Source: Oscillospiraceae bacterium (GTDB lineage Bacteria > Bacillota > Clostridia > Oscillospirales > Ruminococcaceae). From it: 64,000 bases of DNA. This document shows, one piece after another, positions 48,201 through 56,098 of the stretch (position 1 is its first letter; the number at the start of each line of letters is the position of its first letter). The DNA lies in assembly GCA_045544715.1 (NCBI GenBank), contig JAZPZN010000108.1:8163-72162 (forward strand). Direction: 5' to 3'. Under the pieces are notes generated by a model. It was not told the DNA's origin and searched no databases. It saw only the letters and a list, made by a program, of their open reading frames with translations. Both the position numbers and the translations under genes were made by a program.

Positions 48201-48801
48201 GAACGACATTCTGGCAAAATACTATTCCTACGGCGAGGGCTTCTTCATCACCGTCGACAAGCCTCATAACCTGTACCTGCAGATATTCTATTCGCATGGT
48301 CTGATAGCCTTTATCGCATTCCTAGTTATATGCATATTCTATCTTGTAGACTGCTTCAGACTATACGCTCTGAAAAAGACCTACCGCATAGAGCAGATAT
48401 ACGGCATCTCTGTAATGCTTGGTGTTGTGGGATATCTGGCATCAGGAATGTTCAACGACTCGGTAGTGTCTGTTGCCCCCGTATTCTGGGTGCTCCTCGG
48501 TGTCGGAGCAGCGCTCAACACTATCAACCGCCGCATGGATAAAGCTCCCGAGGATGCCGATATCGACGAGCCCGAGTTTGTATCCAGTGCAATAAAAGCC
48601 GAAGTCCGCACCGCCCAGAAGGACGAAAAGCTTGAGCAGGAAGCAGCAGAGCTGCTGGCAAAGATACAGGCTGACAAAAATGCAAGAAGAAAGAGCAGAA
48701 CACAGAATATTACAAGGGATGACCTTGAAGCTCTGCGCATGAGCATCAGCACGCTCAGACCTGACAGCAAGCCCTCTGACAACGATACAGATAATAATTG
48801 A
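45262..48801 (+). CDS. Fusion: undecaprenyl-phosphate hexose phosphotransferase (WcaJ/CpsE-like) + O-antigen ligase/Wzy_C-like domain
   Basis: N-half: 4 TMs, CoA-binding-like VIGGG, [69 protein letters not shown]. C-half: many TMs, [29 protein letters not shown]. Start likely 45262 after AAGGAG. Confidence 0.85.
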   Translation: [1179 protein letters not shown]

Positions 48802-48808
48802 TCAGACC

Positions 48809-48845
48809 CTGCTGCGGATAAAACACTATCCGCAGCAGATTTTTT
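48809..48845 (+). terminator. Intrinsic terminator
   Basis: ctgctgcggata-aaacac-tatccgcagcag followed by T-run. Confidence 0.8.
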
Positions 48846-48857
48846 AAGGAGACAACT

Positions 48858-49649
48858 ATGATTACCGCCGACCTTCACAATCACTCCTGCTTTTCCAGCG
48901 ACAGCGACGAGCTCACCGAAAACAGCGTAATAGCCGCAATTGAAAAGGGCTTGACAACTCTATGTATCACCGAGCACATGGACATGGACTACCCTACCGG
49001 AGAATTCATGCTGGATACCACCTCATACGTGGCAGAGGTCATGCGCCTCAGAGAGAAATACGCAGACAAGATAGAGCTGCTTTTTGGCGTTGAGCTGGGA
49101 CTTATGGACTATCTGGCACCAAAGCTGTACGAATACGCAAAGTCCTATCCATTTGATTTCATCATCGGGTCATCACACCTTGTAGATGGCATCGATCCCT
49201 ACTACCCCGGCTATTTTGACAAGCTGGGCGACTACAATGGTATACTCCGATATTTTGAGAGCATACTTGCAAACATCACCGCTTTTGATGATTTTGATGT
49301 CTACGGGCACCTCGATTATGTGGTGCGCTACAGCGAAGCTAAAACCTACCGCCCTGCCGATTATATGGAGCTGCTTGATGAGATACTTGTTAAGCTGATA
49401 AAAATGGGCAAAGGCATCGAGCTAAACACCGCAGGGCTCAAATACGGGCTTGGCTGGGCTCACCCCCATCCCGACCTGCTGCGCCGCTACAGAGAGCTTG
49501 GCGGTGAAATAATCACCATAGGCTCCGATGCCCACAAGGGCGAGCATATCGCTTACGATTTCGGAAAAGCCACCGACATTCTTAAAGCCGCAGGCTTTGA
49601 ATATTACACTGTTTTCCGACAGAGAAATCCAGAATTCATTAAGCTTTAA
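48858..49649 (+). CDS. PHP-family phosphatase (histidinol-phosphatase HisJ/HisK-like)
   Basis: DLHNHS.FS.D, ITEHMD, GVELG, IGSSH, GHLDY, ELNTAG, TIGSDAH. Confidence 0.85.
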   Translation: MITADLHNHSCFSSDSDELTENSVIAAIEKGLTTLCITEHMDMDYPTGEFMLDTTSYVAEVMRLREKYADKIELLFGVELGLMDYLAPKLYEYAKSYPFDFIIGSSHLVDGIDPYYPGYFDKLGDYNGILRYFESILANITAFDDFDVYGHLDYVVRYSEAKTYRPADYMELLDEILVKLIKMGKGIELNTAGLKYGLGWAHPHPDLLRRYRELGGEIITIGSDAHKGEHIAYDFGKATDILKAAGFEYYTVFRQRNPEFIKL

Positions 49650-49809
49650 TTTCTCCATTATCAATTAAATGCAGCTTGTTATTTTGTGCAAAAAGTCAAA
49701 AATCGCCAAATCGCAAGAAAAGCTCTTGTATATTTGCGATAAATATGCTAAAATATCATCAGAGCAAAACATTCGTTAAGCTCCACTAAATCTCGGAAGG
49801 ATGATTTGT

Positions 49810-50334
49810 ATGAAAGTAACTATTGCAGCAAAAAAATTGAACATATCTCAGGCATTTACAGAATATGCCGAGCAGAAGCTCAACGCAAAGCTTGACCGCT
49901 TTTTCCCCGAGGAGGCTGACGCAAAGATCACCCTCGCTGAGCGCCGTGATATGATCATTCTTGAGCTTACAGTTAAGTATAATGGTATCATATATCGTGC
50001 AGAGCAGACAGCAAAGGATAAGAACGATGCCCTCGACGTTACTGTTGACCGCATCATCCGTCAGATCCGCAAGCAGAAGACAAAGGTGGAAAAAAGCCTG
50101 CGTGCTGATGCATTTGTAGGCCTTGAGACTGAAGCTGAGCCCGAAGAGAAGGAATTTGAAGTTATCCGCTACAAGACCTTTGAGGTGCGCCCGATGAGCG
50201 TTGACGAGGCGATCCTGCAGATGAACCTGCTCGACCACGCATTCTTCATGTTCAAGAATGCTGAAACAGGCCTTATCAATGTGGTATACCGCAGAGATGA
50301 GGGCAACTACTCAGTACTCGTACCCGAGGGCTGA
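49810..50334 (+). CDS. hpf: Ribosome hibernation promoting factor, long form
   Basis: YAEQKL.KLDRFF, RAE, LDVTVDRIIRQIRKQKTK, C-terminal MSVDEAILQMNLLDHAFFMF.N.ETG..NVVYRR. Confidence 0.93.
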   Translation: MKVTIAAKKLNISQAFTEYAEQKLNAKLDRFFPEEADAKITLAERRDMIILELTVKYNGIIYRAEQTAKDKNDALDVTVDRIIRQIRKQKTKVEKSLRADAFVGLETEAEPEEKEFEVIRYKTFEVRPMSVDEAILQMNLLDHAFFMFKNAETGLINVVYRRDEGNYSVLVPEG

Positions 50335-50350
50335 TATATTTTCCGTACAC

Positions 50351-50379
50351 TATCCCCCGCAGATATCCTGTGGGGGATA
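50351..50379 (+). terminator. Hairpin after hpf
   Basis: tatcccccgcag-atatc-ctgtgggggata (one G-U pair). Confidence 0.65.
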
Positions 50380-50405
50380 TCTTCATTTAATTTAGCATAT
50401 TCTGC

Positions 50406-50434
50406 TTGACTTTAGCTTAAAACTATGATATACT
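50406..50434 (+). promoter_or_regulatory. SigA promoter of proS leader
   Basis: TTGACT-17 bp-TATACT with TG extension. Confidence 0.8.
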
Positions 50435-50449
50435 ATCTATAATTGAATA

Positions 50450-50710
50450 CGAAAAGCTGTGATAAGAAACAGTAGATATTGCAACGACCTCAGAGAGGCG
50501 GCGCTTGGTGCGAGCCGCTGTCAATGCCCTATCGAACCCGTCTTTGAGCTTCGCCCCGAACAGCAACGCTAAGTAAGCGGCGACGGTCACTCCCGTTATC
50601 GAGTTGTGGCGTATATGCGCCGAAAGTGCGGAGTTTTCTCCGAATTCAGGTGGTACCACGGACTTATACAGTTCGCCCTGAGCTTTGTGTAAAGGCTCAG
50701 GGCTTTTTTG
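50450..50710 (+). ncRNA. T-box riboswitch with proline (CCC) specifier
   Basis: AG box CAGAGA (50491), GGTG loop, GAA-CCC-G specifier (CCC 50537-50539), T-box AGGTGGTACCACG (50648-50660), terminator gccctgagc...gctcagggc-TTTTTT (50675-50709). Confidence 0.92.
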
Positions 50711-50746
50711 TATTCAGATATCATATTTCAGAAAGGAAGCAAAACT

Positions 50747-52477
50747 ATGAAGCTTGAAAAATTGGTAGGCGATCGTTTCAAGGAGCGCCCCTCTGACTGC
50801 AACATCGACAGCCACGCACTTATGGTAAGAGGCGGTTATATGAAGTATGTCGCTAACGGCATCTTCTCCAGCTATATGCCCCTCAAGAGGATCACCCGCA
50901 AGATCGAGAACATCATCCGTGAGGAGATGGACGCTATCGACGGTCAGGAGGTAATGTTCCCCGTCGTTATGCCTGCAACTCTGTGGCAGGAGAGCGGCAG
51001 ATACGAGAGCATCGGAAGCGAGCTGCTCCGTTTCTCCGACAGAAACAGGGCGCAGATGGTACTCGGTATGACCCATGAGGAGGCAGCCGTTCATCTTGTA
51101 AGGGAGTACGCTAACAGCTACACAAAGTACCCCTTCATGATCTATCAGATACAGACAAAGTTCCGTGATGAGGCAAGACCCAGAGGCGGTCTTATCAGAG
51201 TGCGTGAGTTCACTATGAAGGACGCTTACTCCTTCCATACCTCTCAGGAGGATCTTGAGGATTACTACTACCGCTGCCACAAGGCTTACGAGCGCATCTA
51301 CGCAAGGGCAGGTATCCCCGAGGTCATCTCTGTTGCATCCGACAGCGGTATGATGGGCGGAAGCATCTCCCACGAGTTTATGCTGCTTACTCCCATCGGC
51401 GAGGACAGCATCGCTATCTGCAAGAAGTGCGGCTACCGTGCAAATATGGAGGCTGCCGACAGCATCATCGAGAATACCCGTGACGAGGTAAGCGAGGAGC
51501 TGAAGGAGGTATACACTCCCGACATCCACACCATTGAGGAGATATGCGACTTCCTCAAAACCCCCACCGACAAGAGCTGCAAGGCTGTAGTATATCAGAG
51601 AAACAGCGACGATCACTACATCGTTATCTTCATCAGAGGCGACCTCGACATCAACGAAACAAAGCTGACAAATCACCTCGGCTATGATGTTCATCCCGCA
51701 GTAATTACTGAAGAGTGCGGCCTTAACGCAGGCTACATCGGCCCCGTTGGGCTCAATGTAAACGGCGGATGCACCGTCCTTTACGACAAGTCCCTGATGA
51801 ACACAAACAATCTCTCCTGCGGCGCAAACAAGGAGGAGTACCATTATACAGGTCTTGATATCTCACGTGATGTGGGAGAAGTAGAGTACATCGACCTCGC
51901 AAAGATAATCGAGGGCGGTATCTGCCCCGAGTGCGGTCAGCACGAGATCACCATCTCCAGAGGCATCGAGGTAGGAAACATCTTCCAGCTTGGCACAAAG
52001 TACTCCAAATCTATGGGTATGACCTATCTTGATAAGGACGGCAACGCTCAGACACCCATTATGGGCTGCTATGGTATCGGCGTAGGCAGACTTGCGGCTT
52101 CTGTATGCGAGGCTCACCACGATGACTACGGCCCCATCTGGCCTATGGCTATCGCTCCCTGGCAGGTGCACATCTGCGCAGTGAGAGCAGATGATGCCGA
52201 AGTAAAGGAAAAGGCAGACGCACTCTACAACGAGCTGCAGAGCCGTGGTGTTGAGGTAATCTACGACGACAGGGCAAGCGTAAGCGCAGGTGTAATGTTC
52301 TCTGACGCTGACCTGCTCGGCTGTCCTCTCCGCCTCATCGTAAGCCCCAGAAACCTCAAGGATAACGTTATCGAGATATCCGCAAGAGATAAGAGCTTCA
52401 GCGAAAAGCTCGCTCCCGAAGCAGTAGCCGACAGAGTTCAGGCGCTTATCAAGGAAATGATGGCAATCAAGGAATAA
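50747..52477 (+). CDS. proS: Proline--tRNA ligase (bacterial type with insertion/editing domain)
   Basis: LWQESGRY, QTKFRDEARPRGGLIRVREFTMKDAYSFH, GGSISHEF, GIEVGNIFQLGTKYS, MGCYGIGVGR, DADLLG. Confidence 0.97.
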   Translation: MKLEKLVGDRFKERPSDCNIDSHALMVRGGYMKYVANGIFSSYMPLKRITRKIENIIREEMDAIDGQEVMFPVVMPATLWQESGRYESIGSELLRFSDRNRAQMVLGMTHEEAAVHLVREYANSYTKYPFMIYQIQTKFRDEARPRGGLIRVREFTMKDAYSFHTSQEDLEDYYYRCHKAYERIYARAGIPEVISVASDSGMMGGSISHEFMLLTPIGEDSIAICKKCGYRANMEAADSIIENTRDEVSEELKEVYTPDIHTIEEICDFLKTPTDKSCKAVVYQRNSDDHYIVIFIRGDLDINETKLTNHLGYDVHPAVITEECGLNAGYIGPVGLNVNGGCTVLYDKSLMNTNNLSCGANKEEYHYTGLDISRDVGEVEYIDLAKIIEGGICPECGQHEITISRGIEVGNIFQLGTKYSKSMGMTYLDKDGNAQTPIMGCYGIGVGRLAASVCEAHHDDYGPIWPMAIAPWQVHICAVRADDAEVKEKADALYNELQSRGVEVIYDDRASVSAGVMFSDADLLGCPLRLIVSPRNLKDNVIEISARDKSFSEKLAPEAVADRVQALIKEMMAIKE

Positions 52478-52487
52478 TATAAATATT

Positions 52488-52517
52488 AAAAGGAAGCCTT
52501 TTGCGGGCTTCCTTTTT
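52488..52517 (+). terminator. Intrinsic terminator after proS
   Basis: aaaaggaagcc-loop-ggcttccttttt. Confidence 0.8.
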
Positions 52518-52600
52518 AATAATAGTCACCAACTACAAATAATAGCCACTCTGCGAAACACAAAATTATTAAACTTAATATTAATAATTTAAAAAAGCAC

Positions 52601-52629
52601 TTGACACGACATTTAATAAATGTTATAAT
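52601..52629 (+). promoter_or_regulatory. Consensus SigA promoter of the protease gene
   Basis: TTGACA-17 bp-TATAAT with TG extension. Confidence 0.85.
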
Positions 52630-52656
52630 TGTTATACGAAAGGGTGGATACAAAAT

Positions 52657-53703
52657 ATGAAAAAATTATTCATTTTATTTGCTGTAATTCTTGCCACTAC
52701 ATCATTCAGCACTAATAATTACATTGAAACTGCCAATATCAACGAACCGGTCGGTGAACAAATTTCAAATGAAGAGCCAAAAGACATTAAGGTAATATAT
52801 AATGACACTATCATTTCTGAAGCCGATCCCAACTATGACCCTAAAACAGGGAATGAAAATCGAGCAAAAATAGAGAAAATGTTAGAAACAATAGGCGAAT
52901 ATGAAAGCATTGTCTGCAACACACAAACAGGAGAGTTATATATACAAGATAACTCAAAAAAATATCAGGAAATTCAACAATCAGCCAATGGTACAACTCT
53001 ATCAATTGAAGAAATTGATTCAAACTTAACTGATATTACGACACCAATGGGCATATTTGATAGAATGCAAATTACAAATGTAAATTATGCGCCCTATTGC
53101 TACACCGCCTATACAGAATCACACTTTCCCGATGGAACAATTATAGCAGGTTCAGGATTTTTCGTAGATGGAAACACCATACTAACAGCTGCCCACTTAA
53201 TCTATGATGCGAACCATGGCGGATATGCTTCTGTTGAAGCATATCCTGGCGGAACAAATTCAAACTTTCCTTCACGAATTTCAGTTTCAGCCATAGCTGC
53301 AAATAATTATATAGCACAAGGCAACAATGCATATATGTATGATTATGGTGTAGTATCTTTTGGCTCAACTATGGTTGCAGGAAATTTCACACTAGCAATC
53401 CCATCTCAATCCTCAACATTAAATGCTGACAATGATTTTCTTGGTTATCCTGGGGACAAAAACAGAGGGGAATTGTGGGTAAGTTATGGTAGCATTATCA
53501 ACACTGATAGTTCATTATATTTTCTTAGCGATGCTTTTTCGGTACCGGGGAATAGCGGAGGCGCAGTAATACTTCCAGAAAACATATATAAATCAATTGG
53601 AATTGTATCGGGTGAATATACCGTGAACAATGTTCCTACAGGCGATATTTTCTGTATTAGAATAAACAATTCCGTTATCAACTTTGTAAATGCCAACAAA
53701 TAA
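52657..53703 (+). CDS. Secreted trypsin-like (S1, V8-like fold) serine protease, AT-rich
   Basis: Signal peptide; GSGFFV, LTAAH (His), YDYG (Asp), GNSGG (Ser). Confidence 0.85.
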   Translation: MKKLFILFAVILATTSFSTNNYIETANINEPVGEQISNEEPKDIKVIYNDTIISEADPNYDPKTGNENRAKIEKMLETIGEYESIVCNTQTGELYIQDNSKKYQEIQQSANGTTLSIEEIDSNLTDITTPMGIFDRMQITNVNYAPYCYTAYTESHFPDGTIIAGSGFFVDGNTILTAAHLIYDANHGGYASVEAYPGGTNSNFPSRISVSAIAANNYIAQGNNAYMYDYGVVSFGSTMVAGNFTLAIPSQSSTLNADNDFLGYPGDKNRGELWVSYGSIINTDSSLYFLSDAFSVPGNSGGAVILPENIYKSIGIVSGEYTVNNVPTGDIFCIRINNSVINFVNANK

Positions 53704-53716
53704 TTTCATAACAATT

Positions 53717-53750
53717 TGGAGCAAGTTTACAATATAGTAAGCTTGCTCCA
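53717..53750. terminator. Hairpin between convergent genes
   Basis: tggagcaagtttac-aatata-gtaagcttgctcca. Confidence 0.7.
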
Positions 53751-53776
53751 GCTTTATTGTGTTAATAGTCGATGCA

Positions 53777-54871
53777 CTATTTAATTTTTAAATCATACAA
53801 AAGCTTTGATTTGATAGACTTTAATACCCTCCGCACCGCCTCATCGACATTATCCCTGCTATCCTCCGTTTTTATCAGCATAGGAAAATTATGCTCCCCA
53901 CGATACAAGTGAGTGCGGTCGGTTATTGCATGATGATACTTGTGGAAAAGCTCCTCCTCGGATAGCTCTGCGAAATCTGCCCTTTCAACTGCACAAAGCC
54001 TTGACAGAAAATCCTCCGTCACCCGCCCGATATCGTAGCTATGCTCCTCGTCGCTGACATCACGGTTAAGAAGCAATATGCGGTCTGTAGACACGGCACT
54101 TCCGTCGGTGTATTTCAGCTCCTTGTCCGTTACCTCGGCTATCACCTTGTCGTAAATGTGCTCGGAGTAATAATCATCTCCCTCACGGATAAGTACCGTA
54201 ACGCTCTTCACCTTGTCACCCTTGATGAATATGTCAGTGACAGATGCATCATCAACCGCTATGCCCTCACCGCTGAAATCCATATAGTATTCATACAATC
54301 TTCCGTTTTTCGCCCTATGACTAGCACAGTAAGAGATATTGCGGGAATTTATACACTCGTTAGAGTGGTCAATGGAATACTGCACGAATGCCTCTATGCA
54401 CTTTTTAAGCTCGTACAGCTCCCACTCGTTGACGGTGACACGTATGCCCTTATCCTCTCTGCCTGCATAGACCTCGTAACTCCTCTCTCCGCACACATCC
54501 GTATAGCACTTTACCGAGTAATAATCCTCGCATACCCAGTAAGTGGTGTCGTATTCCTGCTCAACTGCCCCGTTCGGGATATCGGACTTTTTGCTGTCCT
54601 CAGGCTCTACGGTCAGCGCATATTCCACCACATCCAGCAGACGGAATATAGCGGGAAAATCAAAAGCCCTTATACCGCTTACCTTCTCCCACTCGCTGCC
54701 GTTTCTGCTGTAGGTATCAAGGTCATAATAATAGTACAGGATATCCTGAGCAGTATATATTTTGCGATTTTCATCATGCCAGGGCTGAATATGTGGGTCA
54801 GAAAAGGTGAGCTTATAGCTGTCATTCTGCCACGAAAATACATCTCCCTCACGGATAAACTTGAACTCCAT
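53777..54871 (-). CDS. Hypothetical acidic, Tyr-rich soluble protein
   Basis: Long ORF; AGGAGG RBS overlaps the stop of the upstream ART-like gene; no motif recognised. Confidence 0.7.
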   Translation of the reverse strand: MEFKFIREGDVFSWQNDSYKLTFSDPHIQPWHDENRKIYTAQDILYYYYDLDTYSRNGSEWEKVSGIRAFDFPAIFRLLDVVEYALTVEPEDSKKSDIPNGAVEQEYDTTYWVCEDYYSVKCYTDVCGERSYEVYAGREDKGIRVTVNEWELYELKKCIEAFVQYSIDHSNECINSRNISYCASHRAKNGRLYEYYMDFSGEGIAVDDASVTDIFIKGDKVKSVTVLIREGDDYYSEHIYDKVIAEVTDKELKYTDGSAVSTDRILLLNRDVSDEEHSYDIGRVTEDFLSRLCAVERADFAELSEEELFHKYHHAITDRTHLYRGEHNFPMLIKTEDSRDNVDEAVRRVLKSIKSKLLYDLKIK

Positions 54872-54881
54872 CATGCACCTC

Positions 54882-55307
54882 CTATGCTGCTTTGAATTTC
54901 TCAACTCCAACGATCACTGCACTGTCTGCCACATACTCATTTGTATTGATATGCCACACTGCACCCCTCGGAGATACTCTGAATATAATCGGCTCGCCGC
55001 CGTATTTCGTTACCGCCTTTTTGGCGAACTTCGCCGCCGACAGCGGAGATGTGGTAAAAAACACCTTGTCTATGTACTTTTTGCGCCAATCCTCTCTGAG
55101 TATCCCTGTAACGCTTGGCGGCAATATCCGCCGCTTAATGTTCAGCGCAGAGGATGTTCCGTGATAATATATGTTATGAGAACTTGTTCTCATAAGTCTG
55201 CGAAGCAGACCGCCGCTAAGCGGCGAACATATATTACAAGGTTCACTCAGCCGTCCAAATCTTTGATTTGAAAACGGCGAGTGGTTCTTATAATATTCGG
55301 GCTTCAT
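54882..55307 (-). CDS. Arr-like ADP-ribosyltransferase-fold protein
   Basis: YYHGTS...ILPP....R......VFFTTS..SA.KFA..A...GG.P.IF.V.P.G resembles rifampin ADP-ribosyltransferase motif spacing; AAGGAGG RBS. Confidence 0.6.
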   Translation of the reverse strand: MKPEYYKNHSPFSNQRFGRLSEPCNICSPLSGGLLRRLMRTSSHNIYYHGTSSALNIKRRILPPSVTGILREDWRKKYIDKVFFTTSPLSAAKFAKKAVTKYGGEPIIFRVSPRGAVWHINTNEYVADSAVIVGVEKFKAA

Positions 55308-55401
55308 AATTGCCTCCTTGCAAATATGTCAAGCTCCCATTCCAAGAATATTTTACCACAAATTTCTGCCTTTGTCTTTACGGCAAAGCCGTAGAACTTC
55401 A

Positions 55402-55575
55402 TTTGTCCCTTTTGTCACGTGTCCCTAAAGTATAGATGTAGATATCGCAAAAATCACTGTGCAGATAATATTTAGTATATATAATTATTATTAAAATGGC
55501 TTTCTATATATTTCTGATACAGAAAAAACAAAACTATATATCTATGCTTAAGGACATTGTGACAAAAAGGACAAA
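55402..55575. repeat. 174-bp element bounded by imperfect ~28-37-bp inverted repeats
   Basis: Left tttgtcccttttgtcacgtgtccctaa (55402-55428) vs reverse complement of right arm 55548-55575 tttgtcctttttgtcacaatgtccttaa: 24/28 matches, extending inward (gtatagat/gcatagat). Confidence 0.75.
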
Positions 55576-55678
55576 GACTGCAAACAGCTTTATTATGCTA
55601 TTTACTCTGCCCCACCCCTTTTGTAACAAACGGACAATAACGGACAAAAAGGCGCAGCTTTTATACTGCGCCTTTAAT

Positions 55679-56098
55679 TTATAGCTCAATGCGATAGATG
55701 AGCGCATCGTCATCGCCGTAATATCCCTTCCTGACAGATATACGCTCGTATCCGAATTTTTCATACAGAGCTATTGCTGAGGAGTTTTTGCTGCGCACCT
55801 CTAAAAAGCAACACACTGCACCCTTGTCCTTCAGAGTGAAATGAAAATACTGCATCAAGCCCTCAGCAAAGTGCTGCCTGCGGAAATCAGGATGAACAGC
55901 TATCTGATACAGCTCGCCCTCGTCAGCGACAACTCTGCCGATAATAAAGCCTGTCACTCTGCCTTTATGCTCTCCGAGACAGAACACCGACAGGGGATTG
56001 TTTATCTCCTCCAGCAGCATCTCCCTTGTCCAGCTGCCGTGAAAGCAGAGCTGCTCTATCTCGTCAAGCTGTTCTATCTGCTTATCAGTGAGCGTCAT
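55679..56098 (-). CDS. rimI: Ribosomal protein S18-alanine N-acetyltransferase (GNAT)
   Basis: CF...W, GELYQIAVHPDFRRQ, FLEVRSKNSSAIALYEKFGY...RKGYY..DDAL. Confidence 0.88.
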   Translation of the reverse strand: MTLTDKQIEQLDEIEQLCFHGSWTREMLLEEINNPLSVFCLGEHKGRVTGFIIGRVVADEGELYQIAVHPDFRRQHFAEGLMQYFHFTLKDKGAVCCFLEVRSKNSSAIALYEKFGYERISVRKGYYGDDDALIYRIEL

